Below, in pieces: positions 28,642-37,991 of a stretch of DNA of 64,000 nucleotides. A program made the translations under genes and the position numbers. Position 1 is the stretch's first letter; every line of letters begins with the position of its first letter. The DNA is taken from contig OY760907.1 of the NCBI GenBank assembly GCA_963664195.1, positions 2,880,001 to 2,944,000 of the forward strand, in the 5' to 3' direction. This DNA comes from an uncultured candidate division Zixibacteria bacterium (GTDB lineage: Bacteria > Zixibacteria > MSB-5A5 > GN15 > FEB-12). The notes beneath the pieces are model-generated. The model ran no database searches. It was not told the origin of the DNA and worked only from the letters and a program-made list of their open reading frames with translations.

Positions 28642-29631
28642 ATGGAAGTAGATATTCAGGAGATTCAACGCAGGGTCGAAACTGAGGCCTCGTTTGTTGA
28701 AAAACTAACCACACAGATCAGCTCGGTCATTGTCGGTCAGGAGTACCTGATAGAGCGGCTGCTGATCGGCATACTGGCCAATGGGCACATTCTCATAGAA
28801 GGCGTTCCCGGCCTGGCCAAGACGCTTTCGGTCAACACTCTGGCTGAAGCGATAAAAGCGAAATTCCAGCGCCTGCAGTTTACCCCCGATCTGTTGCCGG
28901 CAGACTTGATCGGTACCATGATCTACAACCCGCAAAAGGCAGACTTCACGGTCAAAAAAGGCCCGATCTTTACCAATATCGTTCTGGCCGATGAAATCAA
29001 CCGTGCCCCAGCCAAAGTGCAATCGGCGTTGCTTGAAGCCATGCAGGAACGCCAGGTGACCATCGGGGAGCATACGTACAAACTCGAAGAGCCGTTCCTT
29101 GTTCTGGCTACGCAAAACCCGATTGAGCAGGAAGGGACTTATCCGCTTCCGGAAGCTCAGGTCGACCGTTTTATGCTTCTGCTCAAGATCGGCTATCCGA
29201 CACCAGCAGAAGAACGCTTGATTATGGATCGCAATACTTCGGTGGAGTCGATCAAGGTGAACCCGGTCATTACGCCGGAGGATATCGTCAGGGCGCGTGA
29301 GGTTGTGCGATCGGTTTATGTCGACGAGAAAGTCAAAGAATATATCGTCAATATCGTGTTTGCAACTCGCGAGCCGGAGAAATACGGCCTTCGCGATGCC
29401 AAAAGTCTGATCGCTTTTGGTGCCTCGCCGCGTGCGACGATTTACCTGAATCTGGCCGCCAAGGCGCATGCCTTCATAAAAGGACGCGGCTACGTTACAC
29501 CGGAAGATATCAAGACCATCGGTCCGGATGTCCTCCGTCACCGTATTCTATTGACGTACGAGGCCGAAGCCGAGGAAGTGACCTCGGATGATATCGTCCA
29601 AAGAGTCTTTAACGCTATCGAGGTTCCGTAA
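28642..29631 (+). CDS. moxR: MoxR-family AAA+ ATPase
   Basis: EGVPGLAKT (Walker A), QFTPDLLPAD, LADEINRAPAKVQSALLEAMQE, ATQNPIEQEGTYPLPEAQVDRF. Confidence 0.95.
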   Translation: MEVDIQEIQRRVETEASFVEKLTTQISSVIVGQEYLIERLLIGILANGHILIEGVPGLAKTLSVNTLAEAIKAKFQRLQFTPDLLPADLIGTMIYNPQKADFTVKKGPIFTNIVLADEINRAPAKVQSALLEAMQERQVTIGEHTYKLEEPFLVLATQNPIEQEGTYPLPEAQVDRFMLLLKIGYPTPAEERLIMDRNTSVESIKVNPVITPEDIVRAREVVRSVYVDEKVKEYIVNIVFATREPEKYGLRDAKSLIAFGASPRATIYLNLAAKAHAFIKGRGYVTPEDIKTIGPDVLRHRILLTYEAEAEEVTSDDIVQRVFNAIEVP

Positions 29632-29640
29632 AGATCGCCT

Positions 29641-30516
29641 ATGATCCCGAAAGAGCTATTTAAGAAGATCCGGCATATAGAGATTCGCACCAAACGATTG
29701 GTCAACGATCTGTTCTCCGGCGAATACCATTCCACCTTCAAAGGGCAGGGAATGGAATTCGAGGAAGTACGCCAGTATCAGCCGGGTGATGACATTCGCC
29801 TGATCGACTGGAACGTGACCGCTCGCACCGGGGAACCTTTTGTGAAGAAATTCCGCGAGGAACGCGAGCTGTCGGTCGTGCTGCTTGTGGACGCCTCGTC
29901 GTCCGGTTTGTTCGGCACGCGTGATCGGTTCAAAAGCGACACCGCCGCCGAGCTGTGTGCGGTCATGGCGTTTTCGGCGATCAAGAACAACGACAAGGTC
30001 GGGCTGATCATCTTCACCGACAGGATCGAGAAATTCGTCCCGCCGCAGAAGGGTCGTTCGCACGTGCTTCGGCTGATTCGCGAAGTGTTGTACTTCAAAC
30101 CGGAAGGAACCGGGACCGACGTTTCAGGAGCGCTTGAGTATCTCAACAAAGTCATTAAGCGTAAGTCGGTGGTGTTCTTGATTTCGGATTTCCTCTCCGA
30201 TGACTTCCTCCGACCGCTGCAACTTGCCAATCGCAAGCACGACGTGGTGGCGCTCAAAGTGACCGATCCGCGCGAGCTTGAGTTCGATAATGTTGGCTTG
30301 ATCGAGCTTGAAGACGCTGAGACCGGCGAGGTAGTGTTGATCAACACGGGATCAAAGAAGTTCCGTCGCGAGTTTGCCGCCAGAGCCGAGGAAGATAACC
30401 AGACGCTAAAACGTACCTTTCAGATGAACAACATCGACATGATCGCCATACGAACCAACGAGTCGTACATTGGGCCGCTGGTGAACTTCTTCAAGGCGAG
30501 GGGGAAGCGGCACTAA
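29641..30516 (+). CDS. DUF58 / VWA-domain protein
   Basis: GMEFEEVRQYQPGDDIRLIDWNVTAR, DASSS and ISDF; follows moxR. Confidence 0.92.
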   Translation: MIPKELFKKIRHIEIRTKRLVNDLFSGEYHSTFKGQGMEFEEVRQYQPGDDIRLIDWNVTARTGEPFVKKFREERELSVVLLVDASSSGLFGTRDRFKSDTAAELCAVMAFSAIKNNDKVGLIIFTDRIEKFVPPQKGRSHVLRLIREVLYFKPEGTGTDVSGALEYLNKVIKRKSVVFLISDFLSDDFLRPLQLANRKHDVVALKVTDPRELEFDNVGLIELEDAETGEVVLINTGSKKFRREFAARAEEDNQTLKRTFQMNNIDMIAIRTNESYIGPLVNFFKARGKRH

Positions 30517-31415
30517 TGAGAGCGAACATTGTAACAGTGGTCTTGGCTGCTGTGGCGGCCATGCTGTTCGTATCCTGCGGGACAGTCGACCACAGTGCAC
30601 AGATTGATCAGCATAAGAAGCTGGCCGGTGAGTTGCACAGCAATCGCCTGTACCATGCGGCGGCCGACGAGTACAAAAAAGTCCTCGACTATGACGAACT
30701 GGACAGCAAACAGCGTGCGAACATCTGCTACCTTGTTGCCAGGACCTATTTCGAGGACATCAAGGATTATCGCAACGCAGCCGCTTATTATCTTCGCGCA
30801 CGGGAGTACGATCCGGACGGGTCGTTCATGGGGGAAGCCTCAAGGAATCTTGTCGCCTCGCTGGAGAAGCTGGGAAATGTGATCGACGCCAAACGGCAGC
30901 TCAGCAATGCGACGGCGCTGGATCACGAAGCAGCGTCGGCTGACGACGTGGCAGTTGCGAAGATTGGTGACCGGACGATCTGGCTTTCGGAAGTCGAGGA
31001 CCAGATGGCTTTGCTGCCGCCGGAGGCGCAGAAGCAATTCGCCAGTCGTGCCTCGCGAATCGAATTCGTGCGGCAGTATGTGGGAACGGAATTACTCCAT
31101 GCCGCCGCGATGCGAGAAGATTACCTCGCTGATCCGGACATCCAGCGACAGCAGGAACAAATGATGAAGCAACTGCTGGTTAATCGGTTTGTGATCGATA
31201 AGGTGATCCCGCAGGTGCAGGTGGACAGTCTCGACGTACACAATTTCTACGCCGCCAACAAGGACAAAATATACAACGGTGTGCCGTACGATTCTGTCCG
31301 CGCCAAAGTGTTCCTCGACTATCAGAATGAAAAGGCAGAGTCGGCCTATAGCGAGTACATCGCCCGTCTGGCCAAGGCTGAACGAGTGGAATTTCTGGAC
31401 CATAACGTAAAATGA
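30516..31415 (+). CDS. TPR lipoprotein fused to a SurA/PrsA-like chaperone domain lacking the parvulin domain
   Basis: Lipobox FVSC; TPR helices; VAKIGDRTI...ELLHAAA...FYAANKDK joined directly to PYDSVRAKV...YIARLAKAERVE. Confidence 0.65.
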   Translation: MRANIVTVVLAAVAAMLFVSCGTVDHSAQIDQHKKLAGELHSNRLYHAAADEYKKVLDYDELDSKQRANICYLVARTYFEDIKDYRNAAAYYLRAREYDPDGSFMGEASRNLVASLEKLGNVIDAKRQLSNATALDHEAASADDVAVAKIGDRTIWLSEVEDQMALLPPEAQKQFASRASRIEFVRQYVGTELLHAAAMREDYLADPDIQRQQEQMMKQLLVNRFVIDKVIPQVQVDSLDVHNFYAANKDKIYNGVPYDSVRAKVFLDYQNEKAESAYSEYIARLAKAERVEFLDHNVK

Positions 31416-32473
31416 GAAGTAGTATTTCGACATATGCAATGACAACCGGCTGGTGGCTGACTGCGTGTTGTGTCTTGCTCGCCTCCATGATAGGCGCACC
31501 TTCGGTGCTTGCTCAGGCGGAACCGGACACGGTCGGATCGCTGCCGGGGATTGAGATTGAGACGGCGGTTGATAAGGCCGAGGCCCACATCGGCGACCTC
31601 ATAATGTACGAACTGACCATTGTGTATGACTCGACGTACACGCTGGTTCCGCCGCCGCTGGGGGCGAATCTGGGGTCGTTTGATGTCAAGGATTACCAGC
31701 CGGATGTGGAAACGCGTCTTGATGACGGACGCATCCAAAGCCGTACGACCTTCAAACTGAGCACGTTCACTACCGGCGAATACACGATTCCGCCGCTCCC
31801 GGTTGTATTCGAGCTGCCCGACAGCACGCGCAAACTGTTGCTGGCAGAGCCGGTGCCGATCAATGTGTTGTCACTTCTGGATGACGCTGCCGGCGATTCG
31901 CTGGATATTCGTCCGTTGAAAGCACAATACGCGTTCCCGCATGACTACACCCCTTACTATGTATGGGGTGGGCTTGGCTTTGTCCTGATCGTGCTCGTGA
32001 TCGGTCTCTTGTTCTGGTTCCGACGTCGCAAGGACGAGGGAGAACTGGAAGACCTTCGTCCGCCGTGGGAGAAGTCGTTCGAGAAGCTGGCTTTCCTTAG
32101 GCAGGAAGATTTCGTCGGCAGAGAGGAATACAAGGAATACTACTTGGCGCTGACGGAGATATCTCGGGAGTATCTTGGCTGGATGTTCAAGGTCGATGTT
32201 CTCGAAATGACTACCACACAGTTTATGAAGGTGTTCGCTGATATCGAATTGCCGGATGGCGTATACGACGAACTCGGCGAGTTCTTCAAGCACGCCGATC
32301 AAGTCAAGTTCGCCCGCTACGTGCCTCTTCGGGAGCGCACCGAGACGGATTTCGAGCTGGCGCACAACATGGTCGAACAGATTAGAGCCGAATTCGAACG
32401 CCGTCAGGAAGAAGAAGTCAAAATCCAGACCATCGACAAGGCCGCTGAACCTGAAATCGAGGAGACTGTCTGA
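31412..32473 (+). CDS. BatD-like membrane protein of the bat operon
   Basis: VDKAEAHIGD, FTTGEYTIPP, DIRPLK, TM helix, EMTT, ADQVKFARY. Confidence 0.75.
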   Translation: MRSSISTYAMTTGWWLTACCVLLASMIGAPSVLAQAEPDTVGSLPGIEIETAVDKAEAHIGDLIMYELTIVYDSTYTLVPPPLGANLGSFDVKDYQPDVETRLDDGRIQSRTTFKLSTFTTGEYTIPPLPVVFELPDSTRKLLLAEPVPINVLSLLDDAAGDSLDIRPLKAQYAFPHDYTPYYVWGGLGFVLIVLVIGLLFWFRRRKDEGELEDLRPPWEKSFEKLAFLRQEDFVGREEYKEYYLALTEISREYLGWMFKVDVLEMTTTQFMKVFADIELPDGVYDELGEFFKHADQVKFARYVPLRERTETDFELAHNMVEQIRAEFERRQEEEVKIQTIDKAAEPEIEETV

Positions 32474-33519
32474 TGGGCAACATCGAGTTCTTCGGTCTGG
32501 GAGTCAGCCTTCTTGACTACTTTGAGACGACTGTGCCGGCCTGGGTGATATTCGTCATCGGTGCGATGTTCGTGGCCCTCATGACCTGGCACTATTTCGC
32601 CCGGGCGAGATTCAAAACTTCCGCGATCAAATACTCCGATGTGCGCATTGTTCAACGTGCCGCCCGTACCGGCCGCCAGCGATACCGCGCGATACTGCCG
32701 GTCCTGCGCATAGTCGCCGTTGCGTTATTGTTTGTTGCCTTAGCCCGCCCGAGATCCGGCACGGAGATTCGTGAGATCACTTCTGAGGGCGTGGACATCA
32801 TGCTGGCGCTTGACGTTTCCTCGTCGATGCAGGCGGAGGACTTCAAGCCGCACAATCGGTTGTATGTCGCCAAGGAAGAAATCAAGAAGTTTGTCAACAA
32901 GCGTGAGCATGACCGAATCGGTCTGGTGGTGTTTGCCAAACATTCCTTTACCCAGTGCCCGCTGACGGTTGACTACGGCGTACTTCTGAGATTCGTCGAT
33001 CAGGTGGATTTCGGGCTGATTGAGGACGGTACCGCTATCGGTATGGCTATTGCCAACGGTGTAAACCGGCTGCGCGAGTCAGAATCCAAGTCTAAAATCA
33101 TGATCTTGCTGACCGATGGGGACAACAACGCCGGGGAGATCGATCCGGTGACGGCAGCATCTCTTGCCGCGGCATTTGACATCAAGATATACACGATTGC
33201 TGCAGGGCAGACCGGCAATCTGATGTATCCGATTGATGACCCGATTTTCGGCAAACGATACGTCGCCAAACCGAGCCGGATCGATGAAGCTACGCTTAAG
33301 CAGATTGCCGATGCAACCGGAGGAAAATACTACCGGGCGAGATCGGGAGAGGAACTTGAGCAAATTTACTCGCTGATCGACGGGCTGGAGAAGACCGAGA
33401 TTGAGGTCTCGGCGCACAGGCAGTACACGGAGTTGTTCCATTTCTTCGTTTATGCCGGGCTATTGTTGCTGGCGTTGGAGATGGTTCTGGCGGGAAGCGT
33501 TTTTCGCAAGCTGCCCTGA
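32473..33519 (+). CDS. batA: BatA, VWA-domain membrane protein
   Basis: ALARP, DIMLALDVSSSM (MIDAS), DRIGLVVF, GTAIG, LLTDG, TGGKYYRA. Confidence 0.9.
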   Translation: MGNIEFFGLGVSLLDYFETTVPAWVIFVIGAMFVALMTWHYFARARFKTSAIKYSDVRIVQRAARTGRQRYRAILPVLRIVAVALLFVALARPRSGTEIREITSEGVDIMLALDVSSSMQAEDFKPHNRLYVAKEEIKKFVNKREHDRIGLVVFAKHSFTQCPLTVDYGVLLRFVDQVDFGLIEDGTAIGMAIANGVNRLRESESKSKIMILLTDGDNNAGEIDPVTAASLAAAFDIKIYTIAAGQTGNLMYPIDDPIFGKRYVAKPSRIDEATLKQIADATGGKYYRARSGEELEQIYSLIDGLEKTEIEVSAHRQYTELFHFFVYAGLLLLALEMVLAGSVFRKLP

Positions 33520-33545
33520 TTTGACTAAGAGGATGATGATCTTAT

Positions 33546-34574
33546 ATGCGATTTGCTGAACCTTTCAATTTTCTGATACTCATCGGAGTGCTTCTTCTGG
33601 GGGCATTTGCTTTCTGGGCGATTGCTAGGAAGAAGAAACTCCTGAGCCTGTTTGGTGATCTTCCGCTTATCATGAAGAACTCGCCGTACATTTCGTTTCC
33701 CCGTCAGCGGACGAAAGTCATTTTGGTGCTGCTGGGGCTGACGTTTCTATCGGTGTCTCTTGCCCGGTTGCAGTTCGGCACCCATCTGGAGACACAGAAA
33801 CGTGAGGGGATCGACATTGTGGTGGCGCTGGATTTATCCAACTCCATGATGGCGCAAGATATGCAGCCGAATCGTTTGGAGAAGGCCAAGCAGGAGATTC
33901 GGAGCATTGTTCAGCGTCTTACCGGTGACAGGATCGGCCTGGTGGCGTTTGCCGGTGAGGCGTTTGTCCAGTGTCCGCTGACCCTCGACTATGCCGCGGC
34001 TGATATGCTGCTCGACGTAATGGATCAGAATTCGGTGTCGGTGCAGGGGACCTCGCTGTCCTCGGCGATAAAAGCTGCGCAGTCGGCCTTCTCTCAGGAG
34101 GAGAAGAAGCACAAAGTTCTGTTGCTTCTCACCGATGGCGAAGACCACGAGGGCGGCGCGATTGAGCAGGCCGAGGCGGCGCGCAAAGAAGGTGTGAAAA
34201 TCTACACTGTCGGTATTGGCAACCCTGCCGGGGAACCTATTCCGGTGTTGGACCGTAAAGGTAACCAGGTTGGTTTCCGTAAGGACGACAACGGCGAAGT
34301 GATTGTTTCGCGACTCGATGAGACTACTTTGCAGAAAATCTCCCTGGAGACCGGCGGCCGCTACTATCCGGCAACCGCGGGAGAACTTGAACTTGACCGG
34401 ATTTTTGACGAGATATCCAAGCTCGAAAAGAAAGAGCTTGAGGGGACGCTGGTAACACGGTACGATGACCGGTACCAGTGGCCGTTGCTGCTTGCCCTGT
34501 TGTTTGTCGTGAGTGAGTTTTTCGTCTCGGAACGCAAGAAGCCGAACGGGAGCGTAGTGAATAATGAAGCATAA
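33546..34574 (+). CDS. batB: BatB, VWA-domain membrane protein
   Basis: DLSNSMMAQD, RLEKAK, PLTLDY, TDGEDH, VSRLDE; follows batA. Confidence 0.9.
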   Translation: MRFAEPFNFLILIGVLLLGAFAFWAIARKKKLLSLFGDLPLIMKNSPYISFPRQRTKVILVLLGLTFLSVSLARLQFGTHLETQKREGIDIVVALDLSNSMMAQDMQPNRLEKAKQEIRSIVQRLTGDRIGLVAFAGEAFVQCPLTLDYAAADMLLDVMDQNSVSVQGTSLSSAIKAAQSAFSQEEKKHKVLLLLTDGEDHEGGAIEQAEAARKEGVKIYTVGIGNPAGEPIPVLDRKGNQVGFRKDDNGEVIVSRLDETTLQKISLETGGRYYPATAGELELDRIFDEISKLEKKELEGTLVTRYDDRYQWPLLLALLFVVSEFFVSERKKPNGSVVNNEA

Positions 34575-35343
34575 GATTTTGTTTACAATACTCGGGTTTG
34601 GCGTTCTGTCGGTCGTTTCGGTTCAGGCTGAGTCGGTTGCGAACGTCGTCGACAAGGGCAACGAGGCTTATGTCGGTAATCAGCTCAAGGAAGCATTGGA
34701 GCAATACCAGATCGCCGAGACGGAATTGCCCGAATCACCAGAGCTTGACTACAATATCGCGGGAGTTTTGCATCAGCAGGGAAAGTACGAGGAGGCGGTT
34801 GATCGGTATTCCAAAGCGCTCAACTCCACGGACATTGATGTTGAGGCGAGGGCGCAATACAATCTCGGTGGCACGCATTTTCGCATGGGTGACTACCAGA
34901 AGGCAATCGAGAGCTACCAGAAGGCGCTGACGCTTAACCCGGATGACATGGACGCCAAGTACAACCTGGAACTGTCTCGCAAACTGCTCAAAGAGCAGAT
35001 GAAACCGAAAGATCAGCAAGACGATCAGAAACAGCAGCAGCAGGAAAAACAGCAGCAGGATCAGCAAGAGCAGCAGCAGAAGCAACAGGAACAGGAAGAA
35101 CAGGATCAGCAGAGCGAGCAGGAGAAACAACAGCAACAGGGCGAAGATGCTGCCCAGCCGGAGGGACAGCCTGAGGATAAGCAAAAGGAAGAGCAGCAGC
35201 AGCAACAACAGCAGGTCGAAGAGAAACAGATGTCTAAAGAGAATGCCGAGCGTATTCTGAATGCCCTGAAAGATGACGAGCAGGACGTCCAGAAGAAAAT
35301 CAAGCGGGCTATCGGCGGCGATTACCGGGGGAAGGACTGGTAG
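34564..35343 (+). CDS. batC: BatC, TPR protein with Gln-rich linker
   Basis: TPRs (YNLG...YQKAL..NPDD.DAKYNL), poly-Q/E linker, AERILNAL and terminal KDW. Confidence 0.9.
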   Translation: MKHKILFTILGFGVLSVVSVQAESVANVVDKGNEAYVGNQLKEALEQYQIAETELPESPELDYNIAGVLHQQGKYEEAVDRYSKALNSTDIDVEARAQYNLGGTHFRMGDYQKAIESYQKALTLNPDDMDAKYNLELSRKLLKEQMKPKDQQDDQKQQQQEKQQQDQQEQQQKQQEQEEQDQQSEQEKQQQQGEDAAQPEGQPEDKQKEEQQQQQQQVEEKQMSKENAERILNALKDDEQDVQKKIKRAIGGDYRGKDW

Positions 35344-35344
35344 T

Positions 35345-37147
35345 ATGAATGCTCGGCTAACGCTGCTCATCTGCCTGGTGTGTCTTCTGATGCCTGCCGT
35401 GTTGTCGGCACAAACACAGCCGGTAGTCAACATTGAGGTTTCGCTGAGTCGGGATACTATCGGCCTGGACGAACAGGCGTTGTTGTCTGTTGTCGTCTCC
35501 GGCACAACGCAGGACCTGCCGCGACCGAATATGCCGACTCTGCCAATGTTCGAAGTCTACTCGCAGGGGCAGTCCAGTAACTATTCGATCACAAACGGAC
35601 GGGTCGAGGCTTCGGTGACCTATCGCTATCTGATTCTGCCACAGAAACCGGGCGACTTTCCGATTCAGAATATCTCGCTGGTTTATCAGAACAAACGATA
35701 CAAGGGCAATGTCGTTACCCTTACCATTCTGGATAAAGGCTCGGCCACTCCACCGGAGTTGGAAGAGCGGGCACAGGGGGATGACGGACGCGGAAAGGAT
35801 TATTTCCTCGAGGCAATTGTAGACAACAACAAACCGTACGTCAATCAGCAGGTGACGCTGACCCTGAAGTTCTATATCGCGGTCAAGTTCTATGGTTCTC
35901 CGGGGCTTACCGAACCGACAACTACCGGTTTCTGGACAGAGATACTCGGCAACAAGGCGCCGTACTATCAGAAACTCAACAATCGCGACTATCGCGTCAT
36001 TGAACGCAAGTATGCTCTGTTTCCGACCCAAACTGGTGTTCTTACGATTGGCCGCGCAATCATCACGGCTACAGTCGCCGGCCAGCGCAGTCGTCGAGGC
36101 AGTCCGTTCGACATTTTTGGTATGGGCTCCGGTGAGGAGATCCAGGTGCGCTCTCAGCCGATCAAAATCGATGTCAAGCCGCTGCCGACCGAAGGGCGCC
36201 CCAGGGATTTCACCGGTACCATTGGCCGTTTCTCGATGGAAGCAGTGCCGAACAAGACCACGGTTGAGTTGAACCAGCCAGTGTCGGTCGAGTTCAAGAT
36301 CAACGGCACCGGCAACATCAAGTCGGTGGCCGAGCCAACGATACCGGAGCTTCCGGATTTTCGCGTCTACCGGGCTGCCAGCCGCGAAAACGTGTCGAAA
36401 TACAATGACCAGATCGGCGGCGTGAAGACGTTTGAGGAGGTCTTTATCCCCAGAGTGCCAGGCACGCTTGAGATTCCCGCGCTCAGTTTTAATTACTTCG
36501 ATCCCAAGCGGGGCAAGTACCAGACTGTGAGCACTCGCCCGATTCAGGTTAAGGTATCCAAGCCCGAGGGTTATACCGGGTCGAACGGCGTTGTGTACGG
36601 AGGTCCGAATGTCACCATCAGCTCCGATGCGCGCGACATTCGGTACATCAAGACTGATCTGGGAAAGGTTCGTCCCGAAGGATTCGTTCTGCTTCGCAGT
36701 CCTGTTTATTTCGCGGTCAACGCCCTCCCGATTCTATTGTTTGCCTCGGTGATGGTGTACCGGATGCGCAGGGAGAAGCTCTCCGGCGATGTCGGCTATG
36801 CTCGTTCGCGGGCAGCCTCGAAGATGGCCAGGAAGCGTCTTGCACGCGCGCGAAGTCTGGCCGGTGCGGGCAAGTCAGGGGAGTTCTTTGCAGAGTGCAG
36901 TCAGGTGGTGATGTCGTATATCGCCGACAAGTTGAACATTTCGCCCCACGGACTGACCTCTGACAAGATTGCTGGGGTGCTCAGGGAACGAGCGGCCGAG
37001 GAAAGCCTGATCGACGACACGAAAGGTTTCCTCGACAAGTGCGGGTTTGGTCAGTACGCGCCCGGCGCGGCAGGCAACGATGATGTTGGTCACACTCTGG
37101 CCGCAGCGGAAGACCTCATGGTGCGAATGGAGGGAGTCAGGTTTTGA
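35345..37147 (+). CDS. batD: BatD family protein
   Basis: Start moved to ATG 35345, which gives a signal peptide; tandem Ig-like domains, FTGTIGRF, G.GNIK, FNYFDP and a TM helix. Confidence 0.88.
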   Translation: MNARLTLLICLVCLLMPAVLSAQTQPVVNIEVSLSRDTIGLDEQALLSVVVSGTTQDLPRPNMPTLPMFEVYSQGQSSNYSITNGRVEASVTYRYLILPQKPGDFPIQNISLVYQNKRYKGNVVTLTILDKGSATPPELEERAQGDDGRGKDYFLEAIVDNNKPYVNQQVTLTLKFYIAVKFYGSPGLTEPTTTGFWTEILGNKAPYYQKLNNRDYRVIERKYALFPTQTGVLTIGRAIITATVAGQRSRRGSPFDIFGMGSGEEIQVRSQPIKIDVKPLPTEGRPRDFTGTIGRFSMEAVPNKTTVELNQPVSVEFKINGTGNIKSVAEPTIPELPDFRVYRAASRENVSKYNDQIGGVKTFEEVFIPRVPGTLEIPALSFNYFDPKRGKYQTVSTRPIQVKVSKPEGYTGSNGVVYGGPNVTISSDARDIRYIKTDLGKVRPEGFVLLRSPVYFAVNALPILLFASVMVYRMRREKLSGDVGYARSRAASKMARKRLARARSLAGAGKSGEFFAECSQVVMSYIADKLNISPHGLTSDKIAGVLRERAAEESLIDDTKGFLDKCGFGQYAPGAAGNDDVGHTLAAAEDLMVRMEGVRF

Positions 37148-37899
37148 GTATTCGAACTAGTCTCGCAGTCGTGATTCTGACTTTAGCCTGGTGTTCGTGC
37201 GGTTTTGCTACCTCTTCGGAGCAGTTTGAGAAAGCGAATGCCTTCTATGAGGCCAAAGCGTACGACTCCGCCGTGGTTGCGTACGAATCGATTCTTGACA
37301 GCGGAGTTGAGTCGGCCGCATTGTATTTCAATCTTGGCAACGCCTGTTTCCGACAGCAGGATATCGGTCACGCCGTATTGTACTATCTCAAAGCTCGACG
37401 GCTCGATCCGACCGATCAGGACATTGCCGACAATCTTGAGTTCGCCGGACGGTTTACCTCGGTCCACATGGAAGGGGTCAAGCTCAATCCGATCGAGAGT
37501 TTCTTTGATTCGCTGGTCGACCCTTATCGACTTGCGGTTCTGGCGTGGGTGACAACAGCGTTCCTCGCTCTGTTTTTCATCTTCCTGACACTGAGATTCG
37601 GTCTGAGGTTTCAGGGGTTGGCGGTTCGTGGCGGGGTGATTATCTCTCTGGCCGTGTTGTTGGTGATGTCGCTTATGACGACGGTCAAATACAATACTGA
37701 ATACCTCACTGAACGGGGAGTAGTCATAGCGGAGGATTCGATTGTCCGCACGGGACCGTCGAACAACTCCGAGAAGGAGCTGGCGGCAGCCCCGGGATTG
37801 GTCGTAGAGATACTGTCTGAGTCCGGTGATTTCTACAACGTTCTGTTCGAAAACAAACGTCGCGGTTGGATCCAGAAAGATTTAGTCGCTGTCATATAA
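37144..37899 (+). CDS. batE: BatE, TPR plus SH3-like domain
   Basis: LYFNLGNA...YLKARRLDP, two TM helices, C-terminal VRTGP...RGWI. Confidence 0.88.
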   Translation: MSIRTSLAVVILTLAWCSCGFATSSEQFEKANAFYEAKAYDSAVVAYESILDSGVESAALYFNLGNACFRQQDIGHAVLYYLKARRLDPTDQDIADNLEFAGRFTSVHMEGVKLNPIESFFDSLVDPYRLAVLAWVTTAFLALFFIFLTLRFGLRFQGLAVRGGVIISLAVLLVMSLMTTVKYNTEYLTERGVVIAEDSIVRTGPSNNSEKELAAAPGLVVEILSESGDFYNVLFENKRRGWIQKDLVAVI

Positions 37900-37932
37900 C
37901 AACTTACGGCAATCCACCCCGCCTTATTTCGT

Positions 37933-37961
37933 TTGACACTTCCGGGGTCATGCTCTATCTT
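37933..37961 (+). promoter_or_regulatory. sigma70 promoter
   Basis: TTGACA-17 nt-TATCTT upstream of 37992. Confidence 0.7.
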
Positions 37962-37991
37962 GGACTTCAGAATCTAGACTAGCGCAGGTAT

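Noticed and set aside
34735..35505. 256-aa Leu-rich minus-strand ORF
   Set aside because: Antisense shadow of the CAG-rich linker of batC.
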